The notes: generated from the sequence alone by a model not told the origin. Numbered from the stretch's first letter, positions 9,596 to 18,746 are shown. The stretch: DNA of 64,000 nt from Longimicrobiales bacterium (GCA_040081395.1 JBEBGN010000004.1:446-64445), one strand, 5' to 3'. Made by a program: numbers and translations.

Positions 9596-10821
9596 CCGAA
9601 GATCCCGGCCACCACTGCCAGGCCCTCGACCAGCCGGTCGACGTCCTCTTCGGTGTTGTACAGGTAGAACGAGGCGCGGGCAGTGGCCGCGATGCCGTAG
9701 CGCTTCATCACGAGCTGTGCGCAATGGTGTCCCGCACGGATCGCGATGCCCTCGGCGTCCAGGATCGTCGAGATGTCGTGTGGGTGGGCATCGCCCAGCG
9801 TGAACGACACGACGGCGGAGTGCTCATCGAGCGAGTCAGGGCCGTAGATGCGGATGCCGTCGATCGCCCGGACCTTGTCGAGCGCGTACTTCATGAGCTT
9901 TCGCTCGTGCGCCTCGATCGACTCCATGCCGATCTCGGACAGGAAGTCGACCGCGGCGCCGAGTCCGATCGCGCCGGCGATATTCGGCGTGCCCGCCTCG
10001 AACTTGTGCGGCAACTCGGCCCAGGTGCTCTCGTCCCGGTGCACGAAGTGGATCATCTCGCCGCCCCCCTGATAGGGGGACATGGCTTCGAGTAGGTCCC
10101 GGCGACCCCAGAGCGCCCCGCTGCCGGTCGGGCCGCACATCTTGTGACCGGAGAGGGCGTAGAAGTCCACGCCGAGGTCCTGCACGTCAACCTTGGTGTG
10201 CACCGCGCCCTGTGCGCCATCCACCACGACCAGCGCTCCGACGCGGCGCGCCGCGGCCGCGATGCGCTTCACCGGGTTCACGGTGCCCAGCGCGTTCGAC
10301 ACATGCGAGATCGCGACGATCTTGGTGCGGTCAGTAAGCAGCGAGTCGAGGTCATCGAGAATCAGCCGCCCCTGATCGTCGATCTCGATGTAGCGGAGCT
10401 TCGCGCCGGTGCGACGGGCGAGTAGCTGCCACGGCACGATGTTCGAGTGGTGTTCGAGCACCGAGAGGAGGATCTCGTCCCCCTGCTTCACGTTGTCGAG
10501 TCCCCATGCGGACGCGACGAGGTTGATCGAGCCGGTGGTGCCGCTGGTCCAGATCAACTCGGCGGGGTCGCTCGCTCCGATCCAGCGCGCGACCTTGCCG
10601 CGCGCCTCCTCGAATGCCTCGGTGGCGCGGCGTGACAGCTCGTGGATGCCGCGGTGCACGTTGGCGTTGTCGTGCTCGTAGTACGCGTCCAACGCGTGCA
10701 GCACGTGCTTCGGTTTCTGCGAGGTAGCTGCGCTGTCCAGATAGATGAGCGGCTTCCCGTTCACCTTCTGGTCGAGCGCCGGAAACTCGGCTCGGATGCG
10801 CTTCGGGTCGAAGACGGCCAT
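9592..10821 (-). CDS. sufS: Cysteine desulfurase SufS (class V aminotransferase, group II)
   Basis: IYLDSAATSQKP, SGHKMCGPTG (PLP lysine), RAGHHCAQ (catalytic Cys loop). Confidence 0.95.
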   Translation of the reverse strand: MAVFDPKRIRAEFPALDQKVNGKPLIYLDSAATSQKPKHVLHALDAYYEHDNANVHRGIHELSRRATEAFEEARGKVARWIGASDPAELIWTSGTTGSINLVASAWGLDNVKQGDEILLSVLEHHSNIVPWQLLARRTGAKLRYIEIDDQGRLILDDLDSLLTDRTKIVAISHVSNALGTVNPVKRIAAAARRVGALVVVDGAQGAVHTKVDVQDLGVDFYALSGHKMCGPTGSGALWGRRDLLEAMSPYQGGGEMIHFVHRDESTWAELPHKFEAGTPNIAGAIGLGAAVDFLSEIGMESIEAHERKLMKYALDKVRAIDGIRIYGPDSLDEHSAVVSFTLGDAHPHDISTILDAEGIAIRAGHHCAQLVMKRYGIAATARASFYLYNTEEDVDRLVEGLAVVAGIFG

Positions 10822-10824
10822 GAC

Positions 10825-11136
10825 TCAGTCCACGTCCACGAAGATGTCCCCGTCGCGCACTTCCACGGGATAGGACCGCACGGGGAGCACGGCCGGTAGT
10901 GTCTTGCGTGCTCCCGAGCACGCGTCGAAGCGCGCGCCGTGGTACGCACACACGACCTGATCGCCGTCGAGCTCACCGTCCGAGAGCGGGTACTCCTCGT
11001 GCGAGCAGCGGTCCACCAGCGCGCAGATCCGCCCGTCGACGTTGGCGAGCACGATCGCCGTGCCCTTCGCGTCGACCCCCTTCAGCGCGCCGACGGGGCA
11101 GTCAGCCACGCGGGCCACGCGAACCCAGTCAGCCAT
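10825..11136 (-). CDS. Rieske [2Fe-2S] ferredoxin-like protein embedded in the suf operon
   Basis: CSHEE...CAYHGARF (CxH...CxxH Rieske ligands). Start set to the ATG at 11136 (MADWVRV...); ends 3 nt before the sufS start. Confidence 0.85.
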   Translation of the reverse strand: MADWVRVARVADCPVGALKGVDAKGTAIVLANVDGRICALVDRCSHEEYPLSDGELDGDQVVCAYHGARFDACSGARKTLPAVLPVRSYPVEVRDGDIFVDVD

Positions 11137-11180
11137 GCGTGGTCGCGCGCCCGGAAGGTGCTGTTCTGCCCGCGCGAAAG

Positions 11181-11322
11181 GCGCACGGGGTACGCTTCTC
11201 GAAGGGGACATCGGCGCGGGGACCTGGTCGGCCCCGCGCCGCTAAGCGAGGCGTCGCATGCGGGAGCGTACCCACCAGGTAGCCGCCCGAGCGGTCCCCG
11301 GAGAGGAGCGTACCCCGTGCGC
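11181..11322. repeat. Single copy of a ~140-nt palindromic intergenic element (same family as 49771-50078)
   Basis: Terminal inverted repeat gcgcacggggtacgct (11181-11196) / agcgtaccccgtgcgc (11307-11322). Inner hairpin ggcgcgggg-N10-ccccgcgcc followed by gctaagcga; collinear with the 49.8-50.1 kb units. Confidence 0.65.
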
Positions 11323-11330
11323 CGAACCCC

Positions 11331-12680
11331 TCACGCGTGCTGCGCAAGCTTCTCCTCGATGACCCGCGTGACTTTATCGGCCACACCCCCCAGCGGGAGC
11401 TTCGACAACACCTCCCCCAGGAACCCGAGTACGACCAGCCGCTCGGCCGTCGTCCGGTCGAGTCCGCGCGACATCAGGTAGAACTTCGCCTCCTCGTCGA
11501 GCTCTCCCACGGTGGCGCCGTGTGAGCACTTCACGTCGTCCGCCTGGATCTCGAGGTTCGGCAGCGAATCGGCGTGCGCCTTGGGAGAAAGGAGCAGGTT
11601 GCGGTTCTTCTGATATGCGTCCGTCTTCTGCGCGCCGGGAAGTACGCGGATGATCCCGCGAAACACCGCGCGGCTCGAACCGTCTAGGGCGCCTTTGTAG
11701 AGCAGGTCGCTCGAGGTGTTCGGCGTGGTGTGGTCCTGGCTGGTGTTGAAGTCGAAGTGCTGATCGCCATCGCCGAAATAGAGTCCGAGCATGTCCGAGT
11801 TGGCGCCGGGCCCGAGCAGTCGCGCGTTCAGGTCGACGCGGCTCACCGAGGCTCCGAGGCCGACGTTCAGCGTATCGAGCGTCGCGTCGCGCCCAGCCAG
11901 GGTGCGCTGCACCGACTGATAGAACGCGCCCTTGCCGAGCCGCTGGACCGCCACGTACTGCACCTGCGCGCCGTCCCGTGCGATCACCTCGACGGCGCTC
12001 GACGTGAACGTCTGCGAAGCGAAGTCGTCGGAGAGGATCTCGTCGACGTAGGAGACCTGGCTCACGCGTTCCGCGACGATCAACACGCGACTGAAGTATG
12101 CCGCACCCGCCTCGGAGAGCCATCGTGTGACGCGCACCGGGAGATCCAGTCGGACGCCACGCGGCACGTGCAGGAACACGCCGTCAGCCCAGAGGGCGGC
12201 GTTCAGTGCCGCCAGCTTACCATCCTCGGCAGGCACGGTGACGGCGAGGTGCTCGCGCAGGAGAGTCTCGTGCGTCTGCACCGCCTGGTGCAGCGAGCTG
12301 AGCACGACCCCCTTCTTGACCAGCGACGGGTCGAGGTCCGCGTGCACGACGTGGCCGTCGATGAGTACGACGTGGCCCGACGCTTCGTGGTCCTCGTCCA
12401 TCGCCGCGCGCAGCCGCTTCGGCCACTTCTTCGGGTCGTCGGGCACGGGCCGGCTCTTCGCGAGTCTCAGGGACTCCCAAGCGAGCTTCTTCTTCAGGTC
12501 GGTGTAGCGCCACTCCTCGAGCCGCGTGGTCGGGAGCGGTGTCTGCTCGTACACGGACCAGGCCTGCATCCGTCGCTCGGCGAGCCACGAGGGCTCACCC
12601 TTGGAGAGGCGTTTCGCGGCGTCGGCATTGAATGCCGGCGTCACGCCTTCCGGAGCCAGCGTCGACGGCGCGTTAACCAA
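11331..12680 (-). CDS. sufD: Fe-S cluster assembly protein SufD
   Basis: C-terminal SufBD beta-helix signature ([36 protein letters not shown]). 8-nt overlap with the sufB stop. Confidence 0.9.
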   Translation of the reverse strand: MVNAPSTLAPEGVTPAFNADAAKRLSKGEPSWLAERRMQAWSVYEQTPLPTTRLEEWRYTDLKKKLAWESLRLAKSRPVPDDPKKWPKRLRAAMDEDHEASGHVVLIDGHVVHADLDPSLVKKGVVLSSLHQAVQTHETLLREHLAVTVPAEDGKLAALNAALWADGVFLHVPRGVRLDLPVRVTRWLSEAGAAYFSRVLIVAERVSQVSYVDEILSDDFASQTFTSSAVEVIARDGAQVQYVAVQRLGKGAFYQSVQRTLAGRDATLDTLNVGLGASVSRVDLNARLLGPGANSDMLGLYFGDGDQHFDFNTSQDHTTPNTSSDLLYKGALDGSSRAVFRGIIRVLPGAQKTDAYQKNRNLLLSPKAHADSLPNLEIQADDVKCSHGATVGELDEEAKFYLMSRGLDRTTAERLVVLGFLGEVLSKLPLGGVADKVTRVIEEKLAQHA

Positions 12681-14088
12681 CGCTACCCTCCATCTCCATC
12701 TCGATGAGCCGGTTCAGCTCCACGGCGTACTCGAGCGGCAGCTCCTTCGCGATCGGCTCGATGAAGCCGCGCACGATCATCGCCATCGCCTCGTCCTCGG
12801 GAATGCCACGGCTCGTGAGGTAGAAGAGCTGCTCTTCGCCGATCTTCGACACCGAGGCTTCGTGACCGACATTGGCGTCGTTCTCGTCGATCTCGATGTA
12901 CGGATACGTGTCGGTGCGCGAGGTGTCGTTGATGAGCAGCGCGTCGCATTCGACGTTCGAGCGCGCGTGGTGCGCGCCCTTGTAGACCTTGCAGAGGCCG
13001 CGGTAGGTGGCTCGGCCCGTGCCCTTCGAGATCGACTTCGACACGATCGAGGACGTCGTATGCGGCGCGACGTGCACGACCTTGCCGCCCGTGTCCTGGT
13101 GCTGGCCGTTCCCCGCGTACGCAATCGACAGGATCTCGCCGTGCGCGCCCTCGCCCATCAGGTAGCAGGACGGATACTTCATGGTCAGCTTCGACCCGAG
13201 GTTGCCGTCGAGCCACTCCATGTGCCCACCCGCGCCCACCATCGCCCGCTGGGTGACGAGGTTGTACATGTTGTTCGACCAGTTCTGGATGGTCGTGTAG
13301 CGGAAGCGCGCGTTCTTCTTGACGATGATCTCGATCACGCCCGAGTGGAACGACTCGGTCGAGTAGACCGGCGCGGTGCATCCCTCGATGTAGTGCGCGT
13401 TCGCACCCTCGTCGACGATGATGAGCGTGCGCTCGAACTGACCCATCCGCTCCTGGTTCACGCGGAAGTAGGCTTGCAGCGGCGTCTCGAGCTTCACGCC
13501 CTTCGGGATGTAGACGAAGGAACCGCCCGACCACACCGCCGAGTTCATGGCGGAGAACTTGTTGTCCTCCGGAGGGATGACCGTGGCGAAGTGCTCGCGG
13601 AAAATTTCGGGATGGTTCTTGAGGCCGTCCTCGATCGAGTCGAAGATCACGCCCTTGTCAGTCCACTCCTTCCGCAGCGAGTGGTAGACCATCTCGGACT
13701 CGTACTGTGCGCCGACCCCTGCGAGGATCTTACGCTCCGCCTCGGGGATGCCGAGCTTCTCGAAGGTCTCCTTGATCGAGTCCGGCACGTCCTCCCAGGA
13801 GTTCATCATGCGGTCCTGGGGACGCACGTAGAAGTAGATCTCGTCGAGCACGCGCTCGAGATCCGAGAGGTCGCCGCCCCACTTCGGCATCGGCTTGGCT
13901 TCGTACGTCTTCAGCGCCTTCAGCCGGAAGTCGAGCATCCACTGGGGCTCCTTCTTATGGGCGGAGATCTGTCGAACGACCTCCTCCGAAAGGCCCTTCT
14001 TGGCCCTGAATACCGGCTCGCTCTCGGTGACGAAGTCGTACTTGTATTCGTCGAGGTTGAGCTCTGTGATCGTGGTGTCTTGCGGCAT
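12673..14088 (-). CDS. sufB: Fe-S cluster assembly protein SufB
   Basis: Highly conserved SufB blocks ([55 protein letters not shown]). Confidence 0.95.
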   Translation of the reverse strand: MPQDTTITELNLDEYKYDFVTESEPVFRAKKGLSEEVVRQISAHKKEPQWMLDFRLKALKTYEAKPMPKWGGDLSDLERVLDEIYFYVRPQDRMMNSWEDVPDSIKETFEKLGIPEAERKILAGVGAQYESEMVYHSLRKEWTDKGVIFDSIEDGLKNHPEIFREHFATVIPPEDNKFSAMNSAVWSGGSFVYIPKGVKLETPLQAYFRVNQERMGQFERTLIIVDEGANAHYIEGCTAPVYSTESFHSGVIEIIVKKNARFRYTTIQNWSNNMYNLVTQRAMVGAGGHMEWLDGNLGSKLTMKYPSCYLMGEGAHGEILSIAYAGNGQHQDTGGKVVHVAPHTTSSIVSKSISKGTGRATYRGLCKVYKGAHHARSNVECDALLINDTSRTDTYPYIEIDENDANVGHEASVSKIGEEQLFYLTSRGIPEDEAMAMIVRGFIEPIAKELPLEYAVELNRLIEMEMEGSVG

Positions 14089-14103
14089 GGATTCCTCCCC
14101 GGC

Positions 14104-14895
<792 letters not shown>

Positions 14896-14939
14896 CTAGA
14901 CCCTCGGGCAGTAGGGTTCACGGTGCCCGGTTGGGCCCG

Positions 14940-14964
14940 TCTATCAATAATGATTCTTTATTTC
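14940..14964. promoter_or_regulatory. AT-rich island in the sufC / patatin divergent intergenic region; candidate operator (Fur-box-like half site ATAATGAT) or promoter
   Basis: tctatcaataatgattctttatttc is the only strongly AT-rich stretch in this region. It lies 46-70 nt upstream of the sufC start. 14947-14954 equals the Fur-box core ATAATGAT; by hand alignment 12 of 19 positions match GATAATGATAATCATTATC. Confidence 0.35.
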
Positions 14965-15002
14965 AGGGCCCGTAACCTAGGCCGCCCAAAAGGGGGGGTC
15001 AA

Positions 15003-15899
15003 GTGAAGCGTCCCGGGCCTGGCAAGGCTTCCGGGGAGCCCGATCCGGGGCCGCCGGCCGGCTTTTCTTCTGCCGCGGGCCTCCCTGGGCGGGGCGGCAC
15101 CTGGCTGGTGCTCGGCGGGGGGGGGCTCAAGGGCCTCGCGCACGTCGGCGCTTGGCAGGCCCTCGTCGGGGCCGGAGTGAAAATCGACGGAATCGTGGGC
15201 ACGAGCATCGGTGCCTTGGTGGGCGCGCTCGCGGCCAGCGGCATGCCCATCGACCAGATGCGAGCGCACGCACTGGCCGTCGACCGCGCTCGGGTCGCGA
15301 AGGTGAACCGGCGCGCCGTGTGGATCAACGGGATACGCCAGGCGAGTGTTTTCCACGGAGAGACGCTCCGAGCTCTGTACGCGTCGATCCTGCCCAAACA
15401 AGGATGGGGCGCGCTCCGCGTGCCTGTCCTCTTCAACTCCGTCGACCTGACCTCCGGGTCGATGGTGTGGTTCGGTGTCGGAGGACGCACGGACGTTCCG
15501 CTGGCCGACGCGGTCTACGCTTCGTCCGCCTTGCCCGTGTTCTATCCCCCGTACGAGCGCGACGGACGGGCGTTCGTGGATGGTGGAATGGCGGATACCT
15601 TGCCGGTTGGCAAGGCCGCCGAGGTAGGTGCGGAGAGGATCATCGCGGTCGACGTGGGCTCGGGCGGGGACGCGGACGCGCGCCAGATCCTGCGCGGGGG
15701 CATGATCGCCGTGCATCAACGCGTGGTGACGATCATGATGGCTCAGCGCCGCCGCGAGTCGGTCAGCGAGTGGGCCGGCCCACCGCTCGAGTACGTGCGT
15801 CCGCGCCTGGCCGGCTATGGAACGTTCGACTTCGAGCACATCCCGTACTTTCTCGAGGAAGGTCGGCGCGCGATGCAGGAGGCCTTGGCGACGACATGA
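15003..15899 (+). CDS. Patatin-like phospholipase (RssA/NTE family)
   Basis: GGGGLKG oxyanion motif, GTSIGA nucleophile elbow (GxSxG), catalytic DGG (FVDGGMAD). GTG start preceded by aaaggggggg. Confidence 0.85.
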   Translation: MKRPGPGKASGEPDPGPPAGFSSAAGLPGRGGTWLVLGGGGLKGLAHVGAWQALVGAGVKIDGIVGTSIGALVGALAASGMPIDQMRAHALAVDRARVAKVNRRAVWINGIRQASVFHGETLRALYASILPKQGWGALRVPVLFNSVDLTSGSMVWFGVGGRTDVPLADAVYASSALPVFYPPYERDGRAFVDGGMADTLPVGKAAEVGAERIIAVDVGSGGDADARQILRGGMIAVHQRVVTIMMAQRRRESVSEWAGPPLEYVRPRLAGYGTFDFEHIPYFLEEGRRAMQEALATT

Positions 15900-16276
15900 G
15901 ATGCCTCCGGGCACTCGGGGTGTGTGCGACCGCGGTGCTCCTCACCGCGTGCTCGGATCAGGGTCCTGAGTCGGCACCGGGCACGCTCACTGCGGCGCTG
16001 GTGTCGCCGAACGGGGCAGAGGGTGCCGCCGTGGTCACCCTACGCGGCCAGGGCCTCGGTGCGACGACGGGCCTCGGTGACGTTGTGCTCTTCCGGCTCG
16101 ACGATGCAGACGTCACGACCATGGTGCTGGTGAGCCCGAGTGGTGGGTCGCTCTCGTTCCGGGCCGAGGTGGCGGATACGACGCGCCCGCCGACCACGGC
16201 GGTGCTCCAGATCGCTGGGCCGGACGACGAGCTTCGAGCGACGTTGTCAGGGTACCGATTGGAGTGGGTTCGTTGA
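15896..16276 (+). CDS. Small lipoprotein, function unknown
   Basis: MRCLRALGVCATAVLLTACSD: signal peptide plus lipobox (LLTAC). The ATG overlaps the patatin TGA (ATGA at 15896-15899). 126 aa, predicted beta-rich. Confidence 0.55.
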   Translation: MRCLRALGVCATAVLLTACSDQGPESAPGTLTAALVSPNGAEGAAVVTLRGQGLGATTGLGDVVLFRLDDADVTTMVLVSPSGGSLSFRAEVADTTRPPTTAVLQIAGPDDELRATLSGYRLEWVR

Positions 16277-18153
16277 GAGCCCTCTGCAGAGTGCTGCGCG
16301 GCTTGGCCGTCACCGTAGCGTTGTCGGCGCGCGGCGCGTTTCCCGCGGCGGCCCAAGACGTCGACGCAGCTGCGGCCCTGCGCGGGCTACCTCTGCCCGC
16401 TGCCTACTACGAGCAGGTTCGGACCGACCCCACGGCCTATCAATTCAGTCGAGCGCTCTTCGCGCGTTCGGCGCCCGCCCGCGCCGCTGCCGCCGGCTCG
16501 GTTCGACTTCCTGTCGTGCTGGCCCTCTTCGCCGACTCACCGACGCCGACCATCACGCGCGAGATGGTGCAGGAGGCGCTGTTCGACGGGCCTTCCCCGC
16601 ACGGAACCCTCAGCGATGCGTACCGGGAAATGTCACGCGGTGCTCTCGACGTGCGGGGTGACGTCCTCCCCTGGGTGCGAACGAGCTGGACGGTCGCGCA
16701 GGTGGTCGGCGCGAGCGACGGGTTGGGCAACGACGGCAAGGTAGGGGCGTACTTCCGCGAGGCCCTGGATTCTCTGGACGGCACCGTCGACTTCGCTGTC
16801 TATGACAACGACGGTCCGGACGGAATTCCTGACAGTGGCGACGACGATGGCTTCGTCGACGTCGTCACCTTCGAGTATCTCGAAGTCGCGGCGTCCTGCG
16901 GCGGACCCGCCATCTGGCCGCATCGCTGGACGCTCGGGGCCCGCCTGGGGGCGCCGTATCGGACCGATGACCTCGGAGCCAGCGGCGACACGATCCGCGT
17001 TCAGGACTACATCACGCAGGGGGCGACGGACTGTACAGGTACCAGCGTGCAAGGTGCGGGTACGCTGGCGCACGAGTTCGGACACGCGCTCGGGCTCGCC
17101 GACTACTACCACTGGATCGATCGGGCCGCCGGTGCCCAGGGGCGCAGGTGGGTGCTCGGCTGCTGGGAACTCATGGCAGCCGGCTCATGGGGGTGCGGGC
17201 CGACCACGGCTCCCACCGGGACCTTCGGGCCGACGCACTTCACCGCGCCGCTCAAGCACGAGCTGGGGTGGCTGGATTATGTGACCGTGGGCGAGGTCTG
17301 GAATGAGGTCATCGAGCTCGAGCCCGTGCAGACCTCCGGGCAGGCCCTGCGCATCCCGATGGGGAGTGGCGGCAACGAGTTCTTGATCGCCGAGTACCGG
17401 CCCGCGACCGGCTTCGACCAACAGCTCCCCGCGGGGGGCGTGCTCTTCTACAAGCAGGACCTAACGGCCGCGCGGCAACCGGACCCGCTCAGTGGTGCCC
17501 CCTACTACCTCACGCTGCTCGAGCGCGACGCCAACCGCGGCCTCCTCCGTATGCACGCGGAGGGGGGCAATCGCGGCGAAGCGGGGGACGCCTGGGCGGT
17601 GACCGGGTTCGACGGGGGGGACCTGCACGCACTGAGTCTTCCGGCCCTCACGCTGAGCGACGGCACCGCGACCCCGGTCGTCGTTCACGACGTCAGTGTG
17701 GTCAACGGACGCGCTCGACTCGTGGTGTCGACGTCGCCGACCCCGCGACTGATGGCCCGCTCGGGTTCGCCGCCGGGAAGCCTGGCCCTGCGCGTCGCCG
17801 GCGGGGTCATGCCGTACTCCATCACGGTTGGTGCTACAGCCGGGACAACGTCGTCCGTGAACGGCGACGACGTCGCCCTATCGATTGCGTCCGGCCCCTT
17901 CCTGGACTCCGATGCCGTGGTGTCGGTGCGTGACGCGGCCGGAACGATGTCCGTCCCGGTCTACTTCAGTGCCTCGGGTGCCACGACGTGGGCGCCCGAT
18001 CCGGAGGGCTTGGCGGCCTTCTTCACGTCGGGTGGCACCGACCCCACGGCACCGACTGGGGCCATGGCGGACTATCTCGACCAGGTCGGCAACGCCAATG
18101 GCGCATACGACGTGGGGGATCTGCGGCGCTGGCTTGCCACCCATACGCCGTGA
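16264..18153 (+). CDS. Secreted M6-family (immune inhibitor A-like) zinc metalloprotease
   Basis: Signal peptide (LAVTVALSARGAFPAAAQ). AGTLAHEFGHALGLADYYH matches the M6-domain HExxH...DxY motif. The start overlaps the preceding lipoprotein gene by 13 nt. Confidence 0.8.
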   Translation: MGSLRALCRVLRGLAVTVALSARGAFPAAAQDVDAAAALRGLPLPAAYYEQVRTDPTAYQFSRALFARSAPARAAAAGSVRLPVVLALFADSPTPTITREMVQEALFDGPSPHGTLSDAYREMSRGALDVRGDVLPWVRTSWTVAQVVGASDGLGNDGKVGAYFREALDSLDGTVDFAVYDNDGPDGIPDSGDDDGFVDVVTFEYLEVAASCGGPAIWPHRWTLGARLGAPYRTDDLGASGDTIRVQDYITQGATDCTGTSVQGAGTLAHEFGHALGLADYYHWIDRAAGAQGRRWVLGCWELMAAGSWGCGPTTAPTGTFGPTHFTAPLKHELGWLDYVTVGEVWNEVIELEPVQTSGQALRIPMGSGGNEFLIAEYRPATGFDQQLPAGGVLFYKQDLTAARQPDPLSGAPYYLTLLERDANRGLLRMHAEGGNRGEAGDAWAVTGFDGGDLHALSLPALTLSDGTATPVVVHDVSVVNGRARLVVSTSPTPRLMARSGSPPGSLALRVAGGVMPYSITVGATAGTTSSVNGDDVALSIASGPFLDSDAVVSVRDAAGTMSVPVYFSASGATTWAPDPEGLAAFFTSGGTDPTAPTGAMADYLDQVGNANGAYDVGDLRRWLATHTP

Positions 18154-18160
18154 AAACGAC

Positions 18161-18192
18161 GAGCCCCGCCCGGACTAGGCCGGACGGGGCTC
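18161..18192 (-). terminator. GC-rich hairpin between convergent genes; followed by a T-tract on the minus strand
   Basis: gagccccgcccgg / ccggacggggctc forms a 13-bp stem with one mismatch. On the minus strand it is followed by gtcgtttt, 24 nt after the Spy-like stop. Confidence 0.5.
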
Positions 18193-18215
18193 GAATCGGG
18201 CTCGCTGGGTGCGTG

Positions 18216-18746
18216 TCAGCGTGGCCCGAATCCTCCTCTACCTCCACGTGGCCCGCGACCCGCGTCACCCGGAGCGAAGCCGCCCGGTCCGACACCGCCG
18301 CGTCCAACGCCGCCATTGCCGGGTCCAACGCCGCCACGGCCGGGTCCGAAGCCCTGTCGGCGATCGCGCACTCGGTCCGCGCGCGTCCGCATCTGGTCGA
18401 CCGCGGTCCGCTGCTCCTCGGTCAACACCGCGTCGATGCGCGTACGCCGCTCTTCGGCTCGCCCTTCGGCAGCCGCCTGGCGATCCTCCTGAGCGGCAAT
18501 CACCTCGCTGCGGCGCACCTGTCCCGCCGCGAGCTGTGACCTGAGCTCCGCCATTTCGGCCATCTCGGCCGAGCGCTGCGCCACGATCTCTCTGCGGATC
18601 GCATCCAAACGCTGGATCTGATCGGCGCTGAGCTCGAGGGTCTCCCGCGCACTCATGATCGCCTCGACGCCCTGTCCGGAGATCCCCGGCGCGCTGACCA
18701 GCGCCAAACCAACCAGGATGAACGATGCCCTTCTCATGCCCTTCAT
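18216..18746 (-). CDS. Periplasmic Spy/CpxP-family (LTxxQ) protein with a Gly/Arg-rich C-terminal tail
   Basis: Signal peptide MKGMRRASFILVGLALVSAPG, LSADQ and LTEEQ (LTxxQ) motifs in a helical Arg/Glu-rich core. The last ~45 aa are GFGPGRGGVGPGNGGVGRGGVGPGG... Start set to the ATG at 18746. Confidence 0.7.
   Translation of the reverse strand: MKGMRRASFILVGLALVSAPGISGQGVEAIMSARETLELSADQIQRLDAIRREIVAQRSAEMAEMAELRSQLAAGQVRRSEVIAAQEDRQAAAEGRAEERRTRIDAVLTEEQRTAVDQMRTRADRVRDRRQGFGPGRGGVGPGNGGVGRGGVGPGGFAPGDAGRGPRGGRGGFGPR

Noticed and set aside
15003-15899. Patatin-like phospholipase as a CBASS or other anti-phage effector.
   Set aside because: No CD-NTase/cyclase, SAVED, TIR, or other sensor or signalling gene is adjacent. 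The neighbours are a lipoprotein and a secreted protease, so there is no defence-system context.
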